From Caldisericia bacterium (GTDB taxonomy: Bacteria; Caldisericota; Caldisericia; JAAYUI01): DNA of 64,000 bases. Both the position numbers and the translations under genes were made by a program. The stretch covers positions 768,001-832,000 of the forward strand of contig OY771555.1 of NCBI GenBank assembly GCA_963674785.1. The letters run 5' to 3'. Below the pieces are notes generated by a model. That model did not search any database, was not told where the DNA came from, and was given only the letters and a program-made list of their open reading frames with translations. Positions within the stretch are counted from its first letter, which is position 1. Each line of letters starts with the position of its first letter. Of the stretch, positions 20,879 to 31,415 are shown one piece after another.

Positions 20879-23800
20879 GTGATAATAGATTCTCGATTTG
20901 AAATAATCAGAAAACTTGGTCAGGGTGGAATGGCTGAAGTCTATCTTGCAAACGATATTAACGATGGCTCTGATGTTGCTCTTAAGATGACGACGCCAAA
21001 ATCAGAGGCACTGAAAAACCGATTTATTCGGGAGATTAAGATACTGGCAGAGGTTAACCATGAGAATATTGTAAGGTTGATCTCGAGTGGAAGTTTTAAT
21101 AATAACCTCTGGTACGCAATGGAGTATATTGAGGGCAAACAGTTCACTGACTGGTTTTTTAGTTCGGGGAACATTGATTATATCCAAATCGCAAAAATCG
21201 TTTCAAAGATAGCCTCTGCACTCGATATTATTCACAATATTGGAATCATCCATCGCGATTTGAAACCGGAGAATATTCTTGTCCGAAATAATATCCCTAT
21301 CGTTGTGGATTTTGGTGTTGCACACATAAAGAATAATGACCAGATTACAAAGCTGACCAGAGCGGGTTCCATGGTTGGTACGGTACAATATATGTCTCCC
21401 GAGCAGGTCACGGGAAGCAACATTGATGGCCGGTCGGACTTGTATTCACTTGGTGTGATAATGTATCAGATTTTGACAGGGGAGCATCCATCTGAGGCTG
21501 ATGAGCTTCCGAGGCTTATCATGAGGATTCTTCAAGAAAGACCCATAAGACCAACCGCTATTAATCCCGATATTCCAAAAGACCTTGAACAGATTGTGAT
21601 GAAGCTCCTTGAGAAAAATCCAGATATAAGGTTCAAATCAGCAAAAGAACTAGAATTCGCACTTCTGCAGTTTGCAGGCGGAATGGGGGTTGAAAAATCT
21701 GACCATCAATCTCCATTGAGAAGTGTCGCAAAAGCCGAGATTCCACTGATTGGAAGAAGTCGAGAGTTAAACTCTTTTTCGCTCTTGTTGCATGCGGCAA
21801 GAGCAGGGCAGGGACAGGTCGCCCTCGTCTTGGGTGAAAAGGGGTTCGGGAAAACCAGACTTGTTGAAGAATTTAAGCTTGTCGCATTATCCGAGCTTTC
21901 GAAATTTTTGACGTGTTCTAAACAACCTGAAGGCAGTTCGAGGCCTGCAATATCAGCGATTCTTGATAGACTTGCTGATTATGATTTTTCCTGTGATCAT
22001 GACCTTATCAGGAAACATCCACACATGATACGAAGTCTGTCTCCAAAACTAGCAGATGTTTTGGGGATTGAAAAAGATCCTCCAAATATCCAGGATAGAA
22101 ATGACGTTCCTTTTGTCATCTCTGAGCTACTTGCATCTGCGTTCCCAGAGATTCCATCAATTTTTGCATTTGAGGATGGGCTTGATGAGTTGTCGCTTTC
22201 TGTTGCATTTGAGCTTGCAAGAAAAACTACCGATAAAAAGGTTATTGTTTGTCTCATCTCAAAAGAAAAAACTGAGTTGGAGCCATGGACAGAACTTCCG
22301 AACTATACTGAGATTCAGTTAAAACCATTCACGGAAAACCAAGTGGAAGAGCTTGCAAACCATGTTTTAGGTCGAAAGCCTTCTGATTCAGAATTGTTAA
22401 GGGTAAAAAACACTTCAAAGGGAAGCCCATATCTTGCGATTCAGATTCTTTCAGCGATAAAAAATGAGAGCAAAACAATTTCCACCGCTTCAATCCCGGT
22501 TGATATCGAATCAGTTTACAAAGCGAATCTGGAAAAACTCGAAGCAAATTCGAGTGGTCTTTTGCATATTTTGTCTTTGATCTCTAGGCCAATCCCTTTA
22601 TCCTTGCTCAAACCATTATCAAGGCTTTCAGGAAATGAATTCCAAGACGCATACGAAGTGCTTGATGGATTTGACTTGATAACCGAGAAAAACAGTGGAA
22701 GAGGTCTTGAGATTCAGTTAGCTACTGAAACCTTGAAAGATATTATTCTTCCAACAATTGAAGGGCAGTACTTAAAAAAACTCCATCTAATGATTGCAAG
22801 TACTCTCGATATTTTTTATTCTGGAACCAAGAACCCAGATGTTTTGGCGAGTATTGGAAGACATTATTATGATGCAGGAGATATTGAAAATTCTGCGAAA
22901 TACATTGTAAAGTCGGACACAATGCTTCGAGAGCTTGGATACGGTACAAATGTATTGGGAGTAGCGGAATTATTTAGTGATAAACTAGATGAGATTAGAA
23001 ATATAGATACTTTGGCAGATGTCTTAATTAGGATTATCACAATACTCTCAACGGAATCAAAGCTAGAAGATACAGAAAGAATCATTCATAAGTTTGAAGA
23101 GCTTGAACAAAAACGTAGTTTTAGTGAACAACAGTTAGTATTGATTTTCTTTGAAATATCTGAGGCATACAGAAGGTTTTGGTTGATTCCTAAATCAGTA
23201 GAGTATCAAAGAAAGATTGAACCACTTCAGGAATTCACAGATGATGATTCGAAGAGGAAGATCATTTCTGTAAAGATGGAGATTGCCATAGATCAGGGTG
23301 ATATTGAAAAACTTGGAACTCATATTGAAGAATTTCAGGATTTACTCAAAAGGACAAAGGCAGATGAAAATAGCCTGATAATGTTCCATCAGTTTAAGGC
23401 AATTTATCATGTAGAAACGGGTGATGGGGATGGAGCGATTGGTGAGTTTTTGAAAGCTCTCGATATTGCTCGCGAGATCAATAAGAAACACAGTGAGATG
23501 GGTATCCTTAGTAACATTGGATATGCATATGCCGTGGTTGGAGAACCTGAAAAAAGTGTAGAATATCAGAAGCAAGCCTTAGAGCTTGCGAAAGAACAAA
23601 AAGATGAAAGCCAGCAAATACATATTCTGCGGAATGTTAATGGCACATATGTAAGTATGGGTGATGTATCACAGATTAGGCAATCACTAGCCATGTTCCG
23701 GGAGTTATTAGAAAAAAGATCATTTTCAGATCACAATCTAGCATGGATTAAACCACATCTTTTTGTGAAGTGTCTCGAGGGGGAATGCGATGGGATTGAG

Positions 23801-24484
23801 GGTCTTCTTGAGGATTACAAGACGAAGGCTCTTGAACTAAATCAATCATCGTGGCTCAGGCAACTTTATATGCACGAAATGTTTTTCTTGTTCCACAGCA
23901 AAAAGCTAAAAAAAGCCAAGATTTTTGGTGAACAAATAAAGTACCTGCTTTCAACTCTAAAAGATGATCCGGTAGATGCTGATATTTTCGATGTAAACCA
24001 TTATCTGATTGTTTTGAGCATTGAACTTGATGAGAACATTGCTGAGGCGAACAAACTACTTTCGGAAAGCAGAGAGCTTGCGAAGAAAAATAGTTGGCCG
24101 GTACGATCATTTATTCTAAAATATCTGAATGCACATATACACTATGCAAAATCGTGTGTAAAACCATTGTTCGGATCTAAAAAAACCTTTGATTCGAATT
24201 CGTGGAGGATTGCATATCTGGATATTTTGGATGTCTTTGAAAAAACTAAAGCTAGGGAATTTGTTTTAAGTACTATTCCTACTGATTCGGTGTTCCTCTT
24301 TGCAAAGCTCATTGTTCTTAGAATGAATCACGATAAAAAGATGGATAAAGTCGAACGGAGACAGATATTTGAACAAGCTGTAAAACAGATAGAATGGCTT
24401 CTGGAAAGATATAGAAAGTATAATTTTAAATATAGGCAGTCCGAGATAATTGACCTGAATAATGAGCTGATAAGGCTTATGTAG
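20879..24484 (+). CDS. Hanks-type Ser/Thr protein kinase fused to a P-loop (STAND/AAA_16-like) ATPase and TPR-like repeats
   Basis: LGQGGMAEVY, VALK, HRDLKPEN, DFG and YMSPEQ; LIGRSRE and Walker A GEKGFGKT; helical TPR-like C-terminus. Confidence 0.9.
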   Translation: MIIDSRFEIIRKLGQGGMAEVYLANDINDGSDVALKMTTPKSEALKNRFIREIKILAEVNHENIVRLISSGSFNNNLWYAMEYIEGKQFTDWFFSSGNIDYIQIAKIVSKIASALDIIHNIGIIHRDLKPENILVRNNIPIVVDFGVAHIKNNDQITKLTRAGSMVGTVQYMSPEQVTGSNIDGRSDLYSLGVIMYQILTGEHPSEADELPRLIMRILQERPIRPTAINPDIPKDLEQIVMKLLEKNPDIRFKSAKELEFALLQFAGGMGVEKSDHQSPLRSVAKAEIPLIGRSRELNSFSLLLHAARAGQGQVALVLGEKGFGKTRLVEEFKLVALSELSKFLTCSKQPEGSSRPAISAILDRLADYDFSCDHDLIRKHPHMIRSLSPKLADVLGIEKDPPNIQDRNDVPFVISELLASAFPEIPSIFAFEDGLDELSLSVAFELARKTTDKKVIVCLISKEKTELEPWTELPNYTEIQLKPFTENQVEELANHVLGRKPSDSELLRVKNTSKGSPYLAIQILSAIKNESKTISTASIPVDIESVYKANLEKLEANSSGLLHILSLISRPIPLSLLKPLSRLSGNEFQDAYEVLDGFDLITEKNSGRGLEIQLATETLKDIILPTIEGQYLKKLHLMIASTLDIFYSGTKNPDVLASIGRHYYDAGDIENSAKYIVKSDTMLRELGYGTNVLGVAELFSDKLDEIRNIDTLADVLIRIITILSTESKLEDTERIIHKFEELEQKRSFSEQQLVLIFFEISEAYRRFWLIPKSVEYQRKIEPLQEFTDDDSKRKIISVKMEIAIDQGDIEKLGTHIEEFQDLLKRTKADENSLIMFHQFKAIYHVETGDGDGAIGEFLKALDIAREINKKHSEMGILSNIGYAYAVVGEPEKSVEYQKQALELAKEQKDESQQIHILRNVNGTYVSMGDVSQIRQSLAMFRELLEKRSFSDHNLAWIKPHLFVKCLEGECDGIEGLLEDYKTKALELNQSSWLRQLYMHEMFFLFHSKKLKKAKIFGEQIKYLLSTLKDDPVDADIFDVNHYLIVLSIELDENIAEANKLLSESRELAKKNSWPVRSFILKYLNAHIHYAKSCVKPLFGSKKTFDSNSWRIAYLDILDVFEKTKAREFVLSTIPTDSVFLFAKLIVLRMNHDKKMDKVERRQIFEQAVKQIEWLLERYRKYNFKYRQSEIIDLNNELIRLM

Positions 24485-24784
24485 GTTTAAGAGTCTCTCT
24501 GTTTCGAGGTTATTATCTTTTTTTGTGATAATACACATATGTTAAATCTGATTGCTTTCATAAAGTGTGTTAAATAGTCAATTCTGCTTCTTTCATCATC
24601 ACAATTAGCCATGTTTCTATGATTATTCCACCGGTTTAAGCAACACAAAAAAAGAACAAACTAGGACTTGAAATTGAAAATTGAAATCATAGACTATCGG
24701 CTTGCCCGGTTGAATCTTTTGAAAACACAATTTTGGGGATAGTTCGGGTACCATTGTAGTGTCTATCCCCCTTCCTTTTGTTCA

Positions 24785-25819
24785 TTAACAGATCAGATTA
24801 TAGATCGATTTGTAGTCTCGCTCCATGCTTTTGAGAACCTTGATGTCTGTAAAGGTGCTGATCTCCTTAACAACAAGCGGAGAGCTTGAACATAACCCTG
24901 AAATAGCGTCTGGAACAAGCCCAAACCTACTTTTAAGAATCTCAATTCCACCACTTACACCTGCTGCGTCACTTGCACAAAAAATCAGTTTGTGAATTCT
25001 CTTTTGAATATCAGGGTGTGATAAAAGCATAGCAGTTTCACGTTGAAGGATTCCATCAGCGAATTCAAAGACAAGATATTTTTTTGGATTGTTCCCATAT
25101 TTTTTGTCCACACTGTTGAAGATATTGAGAAGATCATCCATCTCCAGCATGTAGGTTGATGGATATCCAAAATAAGTAAAATCAGCGATGTGCTGGGCAC
25201 CACAATCCTGCATCAAAAGAATATCTTTCAGGCTTGCAGTCCCTGTTATTTTTGCTGCTCTTACGGTTTTGTCCATAGAGGCTATCGCATAACAACAGGC
25301 TGCTGCAGTGTAGCTTTTTCCTGAGTTCATAGATGTTCCAACACAAAGAATCAGCTTCGACCTGTTGGATGTTTTTGTTTTTTCCTTTGGTTTTATGAGT
25401 ACATGATGGCGGGTGTTTATTGGGTTTCCCTCAACATCACAGATATATCCAAGAACCTTGATCTGTGTTGGAGTAGCGATCAAATCGTTTTGATGTGAAA
25501 CTTTGCCCACCACTCCGCCTCGTGCTAAAAGGTCAACAACATCAAGATCCTCCTCTGGCACAAAACCCTCATAGTGGTCTGTTGCGTATCTGTTTCCGTA
25601 CACAAAGACTGCTCTTGTTCGGTCATGAATCATGTGGATTCGTGCGGAGATGCTCTCAAGTGATACGTGAAAACCGAGACTTGCAATTTCACCATAAATC
25701 AGGTCTCCGACCTGTGGGACTCGGTCTGGAATCTTTATATAGTTTTTGACTAGCTTCCTCGGAACAGAACAAGCAGCGCTTGGGATAATGCAACTTTGCC
25801 TTATCTTCTTTATCATCAT
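24785..25819 (-). CDS. DUF1611-like P-loop protein
   Basis: GNRYA, VGTSMNSGKS, KITGTA, DF..FGYPSTY and EFADGILQRET; start placed at the ATG after aggaagg. Confidence 0.7.
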   Translation of the reverse strand: MMIKKIRQSCIIPSAACSVPRKLVKNYIKIPDRVPQVGDLIYGEIASLGFHVSLESISARIHMIHDRTRAVFVYGNRYATDHYEGFVPEEDLDVVDLLARGGVVGKVSHQNDLIATPTQIKVLGYICDVEGNPINTRHHVLIKPKEKTKTSNRSKLILCVGTSMNSGKSYTAAACCYAIASMDKTVRAAKITGTASLKDILLMQDCGAQHIADFTYFGYPSTYMLEMDDLLNIFNSVDKKYGNNPKKYLVFEFADGILQRETAMLLSHPDIQKRIHKLIFCASDAAGVSGGIEILKSRFGLVPDAISGLCSSSPLVVKEISTFTDIKVLKSMERDYKSIYNLIC

Positions 25820-25966
25820 TTCACGACCTTCCTGTCTGGGCCACAAAACGCAAAAATTAGTGATGCAATGATATGTAAAGTTGCCTGTTTGTCAATTGCC
25901 ATTTTTTGCAAAAAAACTGCTTTGAATGTATAATTTAAAAAGACAAAAAAAGACAGGTGGTGCTTC

Positions 25967-27601
25967 ATGAAAGTATCGATGAAAATGATTTTTGTGCTTA
26001 TCCTAAGTTTCATTTTATTATTGTCGGTGACATCATTTTTGGGATGTGGTGAAGAGAAAAAACCAGAACCTGAAAAAACTACAGAAGTTATTGATGAAAA
26101 AAATGAAGAAACAAAATCACCTGTAGAGACTGATGAAACGGTAACAGACGAAACTTCTGACTCTGTGGAAGAAGTTGTCTTAGTGCCTGATGAGGTGACC
26201 TCTGGATCATCACCAGATATTGATGTTTTCTGGTTCGACACAGGCACACGAGAGATTGATATAAGCCTTTATCCATGGGAGAAAACGATATTTCCGATCA
26301 CTCTCATAAATAATTCTGATGACGATGTCGCCCTGGATTTTGACTGTGACAATCTCTGGGTATTTTATAATGGAGTTTCCAGCCTTTTTAATGATCCTCT
26401 TATTTTTACACCAGACTTTGAAAACACAATCAATCTGCCGATAAGCTTTTCGATGCAGTCAGATCCATACGGCACCGGCACAGAAACAGTTGAGATTTTG
26501 ATTTCAAGTTCTGAAAACTCTGAGCCGATTGTTTTATCAGCAAACCTTACCGCAAAAAATACAGACCATATTCCGCTTGCAAGAGAAATCTGGAACATTG
26601 AAATTGACGCGGGTGAGGGAGGGATTTATCAGACTTTCGCAGATAATGAAAACCTTATTGTGGTTTTAGATACCGTAAGGGAAAACATGATTCCCGAGGA
26701 ATATATCTGTTTTGATGCTGAAACTGGCATCCAGAAATGGAAACTCGAAAGAGTTGATGATACTGAAGGTTTTTACGGAGACGAATCCTACGCCTACAAA
26801 GCCTTTTACAAACCAGAAGAAGAAAAGCTCATTGTTTTTGAAAGCACCAAGATAATCTGCATAAACACTGGCAGCGGAGAGATGCTTTGGGAAACTGAAA
26901 ACACCATCAATCATAATCTATTTGAAACAGAGATGTTTGGTAGTGTTGCTGTTATTTCGGATATTAGCTTTGATGAGCAGATGAACATGACAAAAGAACC
27001 GGGGCTGATTCTTGAATTCAACCTCGAAACCGGAGAGTACTGGGCGACAGAAGATGTTCCAGAGGGTTATATCTTTGATGAAAAAAATGATGTGATGCTT
27101 AATTGGTCTGATGAAAATCAAGATAATCTGGTGATGAATGAAGACTATCTCTCTGTGAATTATGATGGAGTAGACGGACTCAGTTTTGGTTTCCTGGGTA
27201 GGTACATGATTCTTGATGACAAACTATACCAGACTGCAGCAACCTTTGAGATGGGGGATTTCTATTATCATACATCATTTGTCTGTTACGATAGGTTTTC
27301 TGGTGATGAACTCTACTTCTGGGATTTTGGTGCGGCAGCCCCTCACATGCAGCAGTATCAGATATATTATCCCTGCACAACAACACTCTGGTCATTTGGT
27401 GACCGACACCACGTGTTTTGCGGAAACTATATTATGAGCGCGGGGACAGGAGAACTTGAATATCTGCTTGACAGGAGGGAGTACCCAAATCAGCTGAGTG
27501 CCTCTGTTTATGCTGATTCAGTTTATAGCTGGGAACAAGCCGATGGTCAGGAATATGGTCTTGGTGGGATACTTATCCTGCGGAAGTTTGGTTTGGAGTA
27601 A
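25967..27601 (+). CDS. Lipoprotein with acidic linker and PQQ-like beta-propeller repeats
   Basis: Lipobox FLGC; repeats CFDAETGIQKW, CINTGSGEMLW and CYDRFSGDELY. Confidence 0.75.
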   Translation: MKVSMKMIFVLILSFILLLSVTSFLGCGEEKKPEPEKTTEVIDEKNEETKSPVETDETVTDETSDSVEEVVLVPDEVTSGSSPDIDVFWFDTGTREIDISLYPWEKTIFPITLINNSDDDVALDFDCDNLWVFYNGVSSLFNDPLIFTPDFENTINLPISFSMQSDPYGTGTETVEILISSSENSEPIVLSANLTAKNTDHIPLAREIWNIEIDAGEGGIYQTFADNENLIVVLDTVRENMIPEEYICFDAETGIQKWKLERVDDTEGFYGDESYAYKAFYKPEEEKLIVFESTKIICINTGSGEMLWETENTINHNLFETEMFGSVAVISDISFDEQMNMTKEPGLILEFNLETGEYWATEDVPEGYIFDEKNDVMLNWSDENQDNLVMNEDYLSVNYDGVDGLSFGFLGRYMILDDKLYQTAATFEMGDFYYHTSFVCYDRFSGDELYFWDFGAAAPHMQQYQIYYPCTTTLWSFGDRHHVFCGNYIMSAGTGELEYLLDRREYPNQLSASVYADSVYSWEQADGQEYGLGGILILRKFGLE

Positions 27602-27629
27602 GGACATCCCATCAAATAACTGATTTGCT

Positions 27630-29141
27630 TTATTGTTCGGGTGCTGGGTTTGCCTCAGTTTCTTCCTTGTATGGAGTTCCATCAGCACAAACCCACTGTT
27701 TGCCGTTCCATTTGATGTATAAAATCTCACCATCAAGGGGGAATTTGTAACTTTTTGTCCACATGAGGTGAAGATTATTGTTGTTATCAAGAGACATTGA
27801 GAGATGACCGGAAAAATCATCTTTTTTAGTTAAGTACTGTCTACCAAACCATCTGTTCCATCTTTCTTTATTATGGTTTTCCCAATACTCACCATTCCAT
27901 TTTATGTATGTGAGCACATCATCGACTTCATCATACCACACTACATGAGGGTTATGGTTTGAATCTAGTACAGCTACTAAATCATCCAGGTTGCAACAAT
28001 CAAGCCTTTTTTCTGTGAATACTTTTTCATTGTTCTCGGTCTCTTCGTAATACCAAAAATCATATTCCTGATTTTCCCATTTATTATCAACATATTTCGA
28101 ATGAAACACACCATCACTATATTCAGAATAAAAGAGATTTGGCACGTTGTTTTCATCAAAAAGTAATGAGTAAGAGGTTGCCCTTACCGGAAATCCTTCT
28201 TCACCCAAAATAAATTTGTCCATATATTCAAAAGGTAACTTTGTCGAATCATATGGTGACCCATCCATTAACTTCCAGTTCTCACCATCAAAACTTACGA
28301 TTACTGGACTGTTGTTCCTTCTTCCATAGGTCTTATTATCATGCCAAAAATCTTCTGTCCATGAGACATATGGGATACCATTTCTGTCAAAATCTATTTT
28401 TGGGTCTGATACATTGTAGTAAAATGACTCATCAGCTATAAACGAGTTTATAGCTGCATTGTTTGTTTGTGAGTCATATATTTCACCATTTGCATTGACC
28501 CAGTTTTGGCCGTCCCAATGAATATATTTAATCCCATCAATTTCTATCTTCCCGAGACGGTCATTGTGCCAAACAATGTGTGGGGAATCATCCTCATCAA
28601 GGGTAAATGAAATGTCTAGGGATTCCGACTCAAATGTGTAGCTTGTCATCCTGGCATTTGATGAATCATCAGCCATGATTTCACCCGCTGCTGTTACCCA
28701 ATTCTCTCCGTCCCATTTTGTATAATAAATATTTTGCACATCTCGGAATGGGGCTCCTCCCTCTTTTGTATCTTGGTCACGCTCTGCTGTCCAGATGATG
28801 TGGGGATTGTCTTTTGAATCAATTTTTATTTTTGGATAGAGTTCCCACAAATCGCTCTTTGTCATAAAACCAATGTTTTGACCTCTTTTTTTGATGGGTT
28901 CATAGATTTCTCCAGATGCTGTTAGACATGTGTTGTCCACAATCTTTACGTATACAATCTGTCCATCTTCACTCCACACAAGGTGAGGGATACCTTTTGA
29001 ATCGGTGTCCATCGAGTTACCATATGATCTCAGCAGACCACTACTTATGACACCAGGATTCAATTTGGAGCTCTGGTTGAAACATGAAGCGGATGAAACC
29101 ATCACTAAAAGCACAACAAAAATTCCCAAGATTTTTCTCAT
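27630..29141 (-). CDS. Lipoprotein with DxxxxPHxxW / YxxWxGxxW beta-propeller repeats
   Basis: Lipobox SASC; about seven repeats such as DSKGIPHLVW and YTKWDGENW. Confidence 0.78.
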   Translation of the reverse strand: MRKILGIFVVLLVMVSSASCFNQSSKLNPGVISSGLLRSYGNSMDTDSKGIPHLVWSEDGQIVYVKIVDNTCLTASGEIYEPIKKRGQNIGFMTKSDLWELYPKIKIDSKDNPHIIWTAERDQDTKEGGAPFRDVQNIYYTKWDGENWVTAAGEIMADDSSNARMTSYTFESESLDISFTLDEDDSPHIVWHNDRLGKIEIDGIKYIHWDGQNWVNANGEIYDSQTNNAAINSFIADESFYYNVSDPKIDFDRNGIPYVSWTEDFWHDNKTYGRRNNSPVIVSFDGENWKLMDGSPYDSTKLPFEYMDKFILGEEGFPVRATSYSLLFDENNVPNLFYSEYSDGVFHSKYVDNKWENQEYDFWYYEETENNEKVFTEKRLDCCNLDDLVAVLDSNHNPHVVWYDEVDDVLTYIKWNGEYWENHNKERWNRWFGRQYLTKKDDFSGHLSMSLDNNNNLHLMWTKSYKFPLDGEILYIKWNGKQWVCADGTPYKEETEANPAPEQ

Positions 29142-29147
29142 AAATTA

Positions 29148-29176
29148 AGTTTATTATTTTGTGTATAACTAGTCAA
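29148..29176 (-). promoter_or_regulatory. Sigma70-type promoter with predicted leaderless transcript
   Basis: Minus strand TTGACT-N17-TAAACT-N6-ATG(29141); no SD. Confidence 0.65.
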
Positions 29177-29220
29177 TTTCAAAAACATGAGACTTGTTTC
29201 TATCTTGTAAAATCTAGCTC

Positions 29221-29264
29221 TTGACATAATATTCCACTAGTGTTATATTCCAATTATGGAATAT
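29221..29264 (+). promoter_or_regulatory. Sigma70 promoter overlapped by two palindromic operator boxes (probable PadR autoregulation)
   Basis: TTGACA-N17-TATATT with extended TG, 6 nt before ATG 29256. Boxes ATATTCCA-N4-TGTTATAT (29229) and ATATTCCA-N4-TGGAATAT (29245). Confidence 0.75.
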
Positions 29265-29795
29265 AAGCTCACAAGTGTCGAGATGGTTCTTCTGGTTCTG
29301 GTTCATGAAAACCCAGGGATAAACGGCTATACAATAAACAAATATGTCAAAGAGCGTGGGTTTTCAGCATGGGCAGGGGTGAAGCAATCCTCTATCTACA
29401 ACGGTCTCAAAAAGGTTGAAGAACGAGGGTTTGTCACATCAAAAGAGGACATTTCAAAAACCACCAAAGGCCCAAAAGGTAATGTTTTCACCCTCACAAA
29501 AAGTGGTGAAGAAGCTCTTTCTGAAACGGTCAAGATTGGACTATCAAAAACTCGAGAAAACAATCCGCTTTTCAATCTCGCACTTTCAGGATTAGATATC
29601 CTAACAAAAGATGAGACAATCGATTGTCTTTCAAAAAGGGTGAAATTCCTAGAATCAGAGGCTCAAAGGCTGAGAGGAAAGATAAACTCTGATATTTTGA
29701 GGGTCAGGCTTCTCTTCGACAGAGTAATAAGTGCAATAGAGTCAGAGAAAATATGGAGCCAAAAGGCAATAAAGCAAATCAAGGAGGAATCATGA
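29256..29795 (+). CDS. PadR family transcriptional regulator
   Basis: NGYTI..SSIYNGLKKVEERGFV..FTLTKSGEEAL. Confidence 0.88.
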   Translation: MEYKLTSVEMVLLVLVHENPGINGYTINKYVKERGFSAWAGVKQSSIYNGLKKVEERGFVTSKEDISKTTKGPKGNVFTLTKSGEEALSETVKIGLSKTRENNPLFNLALSGLDILTKDETIDCLSKRVKFLESEAQRLRGKINSDILRVRLLFDRVISAIESEKIWSQKAIKQIKEES

Positions 29796-30769
29796 TAATA
29801 AAAGACTTTAAACCGTTTTCAGGTGTTCACTGCGAGTCAACTGCAACTGGAAATCTACTTCAACATATCGGAATTGAAATCTCTGAGCCGATGATTTTTG
29901 GACTGATGGAGGGTATCGGATATGGATATTTCAGCTTTAAAACCATGCCATTTCCATTTATTGGTGGACGGATCAAGCAGTTTGAAACAACAGAAAACCT
30001 GTGCCGAAATCTCAACCTTGAGCTTGACACCAAAGAAACATCATCTGTCAAAAAAGCATGGGCAAATGTGGAATCAGAGATTTCTGCTGGCAATCCTGTG
30101 GGGCTTCAACTTGATATGTATCATCTGGATTATTTTCCCGAAAAGTTCCATTTTGCTGGACATTTTGTAGCGATGTTTGGGTTTGACAGCACTCATGCCT
30201 ATCTGGTGGATACAAACAGGGGAGACATGAAAACAAGTCTTGAAAGTCTTGAACTTGCAAGAAATGAAAAAGGGGCGATGGCTGCCAAAAACAGAAGCTA
30301 CACGATCAAGAAAATCGGTGAGACGAACGACATCAGTAGTGTGATAATCACAGCAATTAAAAGAAATGCCGAAGTTTTTTTGAATCCACCAATCAAAAAC
30401 CTTGGGTACAAGGGAATTAGCAAAACTGCAAAGGAACTACCAAAATATTTTGATAATAACCCAGACACAAGAGGAATGAACTTCCAAATCATGGGGTCAC
30501 TCATGGAGGACGCTGGAACCGGTGGCTCGATTTTTAGGAATCTTTACAGAGACTTCCTCAAAGAATCTGCAGAATTACTTTCTAATGACAGGCTCGGGGG
30601 AGCATCAGAAGAATATGCAGAAATTGCAAAGAAATGGAAGGAAGTATCTGATCATCTTGTTGAGACAGGAAAAACAGATAATAGAAAACATCTTGAGGAT
30701 GCTTGTGGAATTCTTGAGGAGTTGTCAGGGCTTGAGAGAGAAAACATGGAGAAATTGTTGGAACTATAA
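29792..30769 (+). CDS. BtrH N-terminal domain / DUF4872 protein (papain-like fold)
   Basis: GVHCES, SEPMIFG, DMYHLDY, HFAGH and GTGGSIFRNLY; ATGA overlap with padR; SD aaggagg. Confidence 0.82.
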   Translation: MIIKDFKPFSGVHCESTATGNLLQHIGIEISEPMIFGLMEGIGYGYFSFKTMPFPFIGGRIKQFETTENLCRNLNLELDTKETSSVKKAWANVESEISAGNPVGLQLDMYHLDYFPEKFHFAGHFVAMFGFDSTHAYLVDTNRGDMKTSLESLELARNEKGAMAAKNRSYTIKKIGETNDISSVIITAIKRNAEVFLNPPIKNLGYKGISKTAKELPKYFDNNPDTRGMNFQIMGSLMEDAGTGGSIFRNLYRDFLKESAELLSNDRLGGASEEYAEIAKKWKEVSDHLVETGKTDNRKHLEDACGILEELSGLERENMEKLLEL

Positions 30770-30840
30770 TCGATAAGTAAACATTTACAAAAGCCAGAAC
30801 AAATTGTATATTTAGTCCCATAATCCATCGGGAGGAAAAT

Positions 30841-31355
30841 ATAAAGCTACTTGATATTGGGCAGGTACAGGAAATCTGATTTGAAAACTGCAAACTCAAA
30901 AAAACATAGAATTTTGGGCAGTTGAGCCATCAAAAGGGATGCGAGAAAAACTGATTGAGAAATGTGGTGATATTAGGGTTATAAGCGGAATGCTTCCAGA
31001 ATTACCGGAGGTTCCCGAAAAGTTTGGTGTCATTGTCTCAACATACGACATTCACCACGTGAAGCATGAAAACACTGAACATATGGTCGATAACATCTGT
31101 AAACATGCAGATGAAAATTGTCTGGTGATATTTGCTGATGTGATGTTTGAATCAAAGGAAGAATATCAGAATCATGTCGCTGATCTTAAAAGAAAAAACA
31201 TCACAGAGAGGGCTTATGACCTCGAGGATGAGTATTTTCAATACGTTGATGTTTTGAGTGATGTCTTCAAAAAACATGGGTATATTGTGAAAGATGGGAG
31301 ACAGAATTTCTATACACACATTTTCAAAGCCAAGAAGCAAGACAATTCTAAGTAA
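30841..31355 (+). pseudogene. Class I SAM-dependent methyltransferase pseudogene (frameshifted N-terminus)
   Basis: Motif I KLLDIG(A)GTGNL is split by a 1-bp loss at ~30860. A second shift precedes FWAVEPSKGM. The intact 3' part has IVSTYDIHH, ADVMF and LEDEYF. Confidence 0.75.
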
Positions 31356-31380
31356 TCCTGTAAATTTAATCAGAACTATC

Positions 31381-31408
31381 TTGTAAATACCGTTTACAAC
31401 TTTATTGT
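31381..31408 (+). promoter_or_regulatory. Promoter with palindromic operator upstream of the MerR-iscS-iscU operon
   Basis: TTGTAAA-taccg-TTTACAA palindrome; TTGTAA-N16-TATTGT-N7-ATG; no SD. Confidence 0.5.
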
Positions 31409-31415
31409 ATATCAT

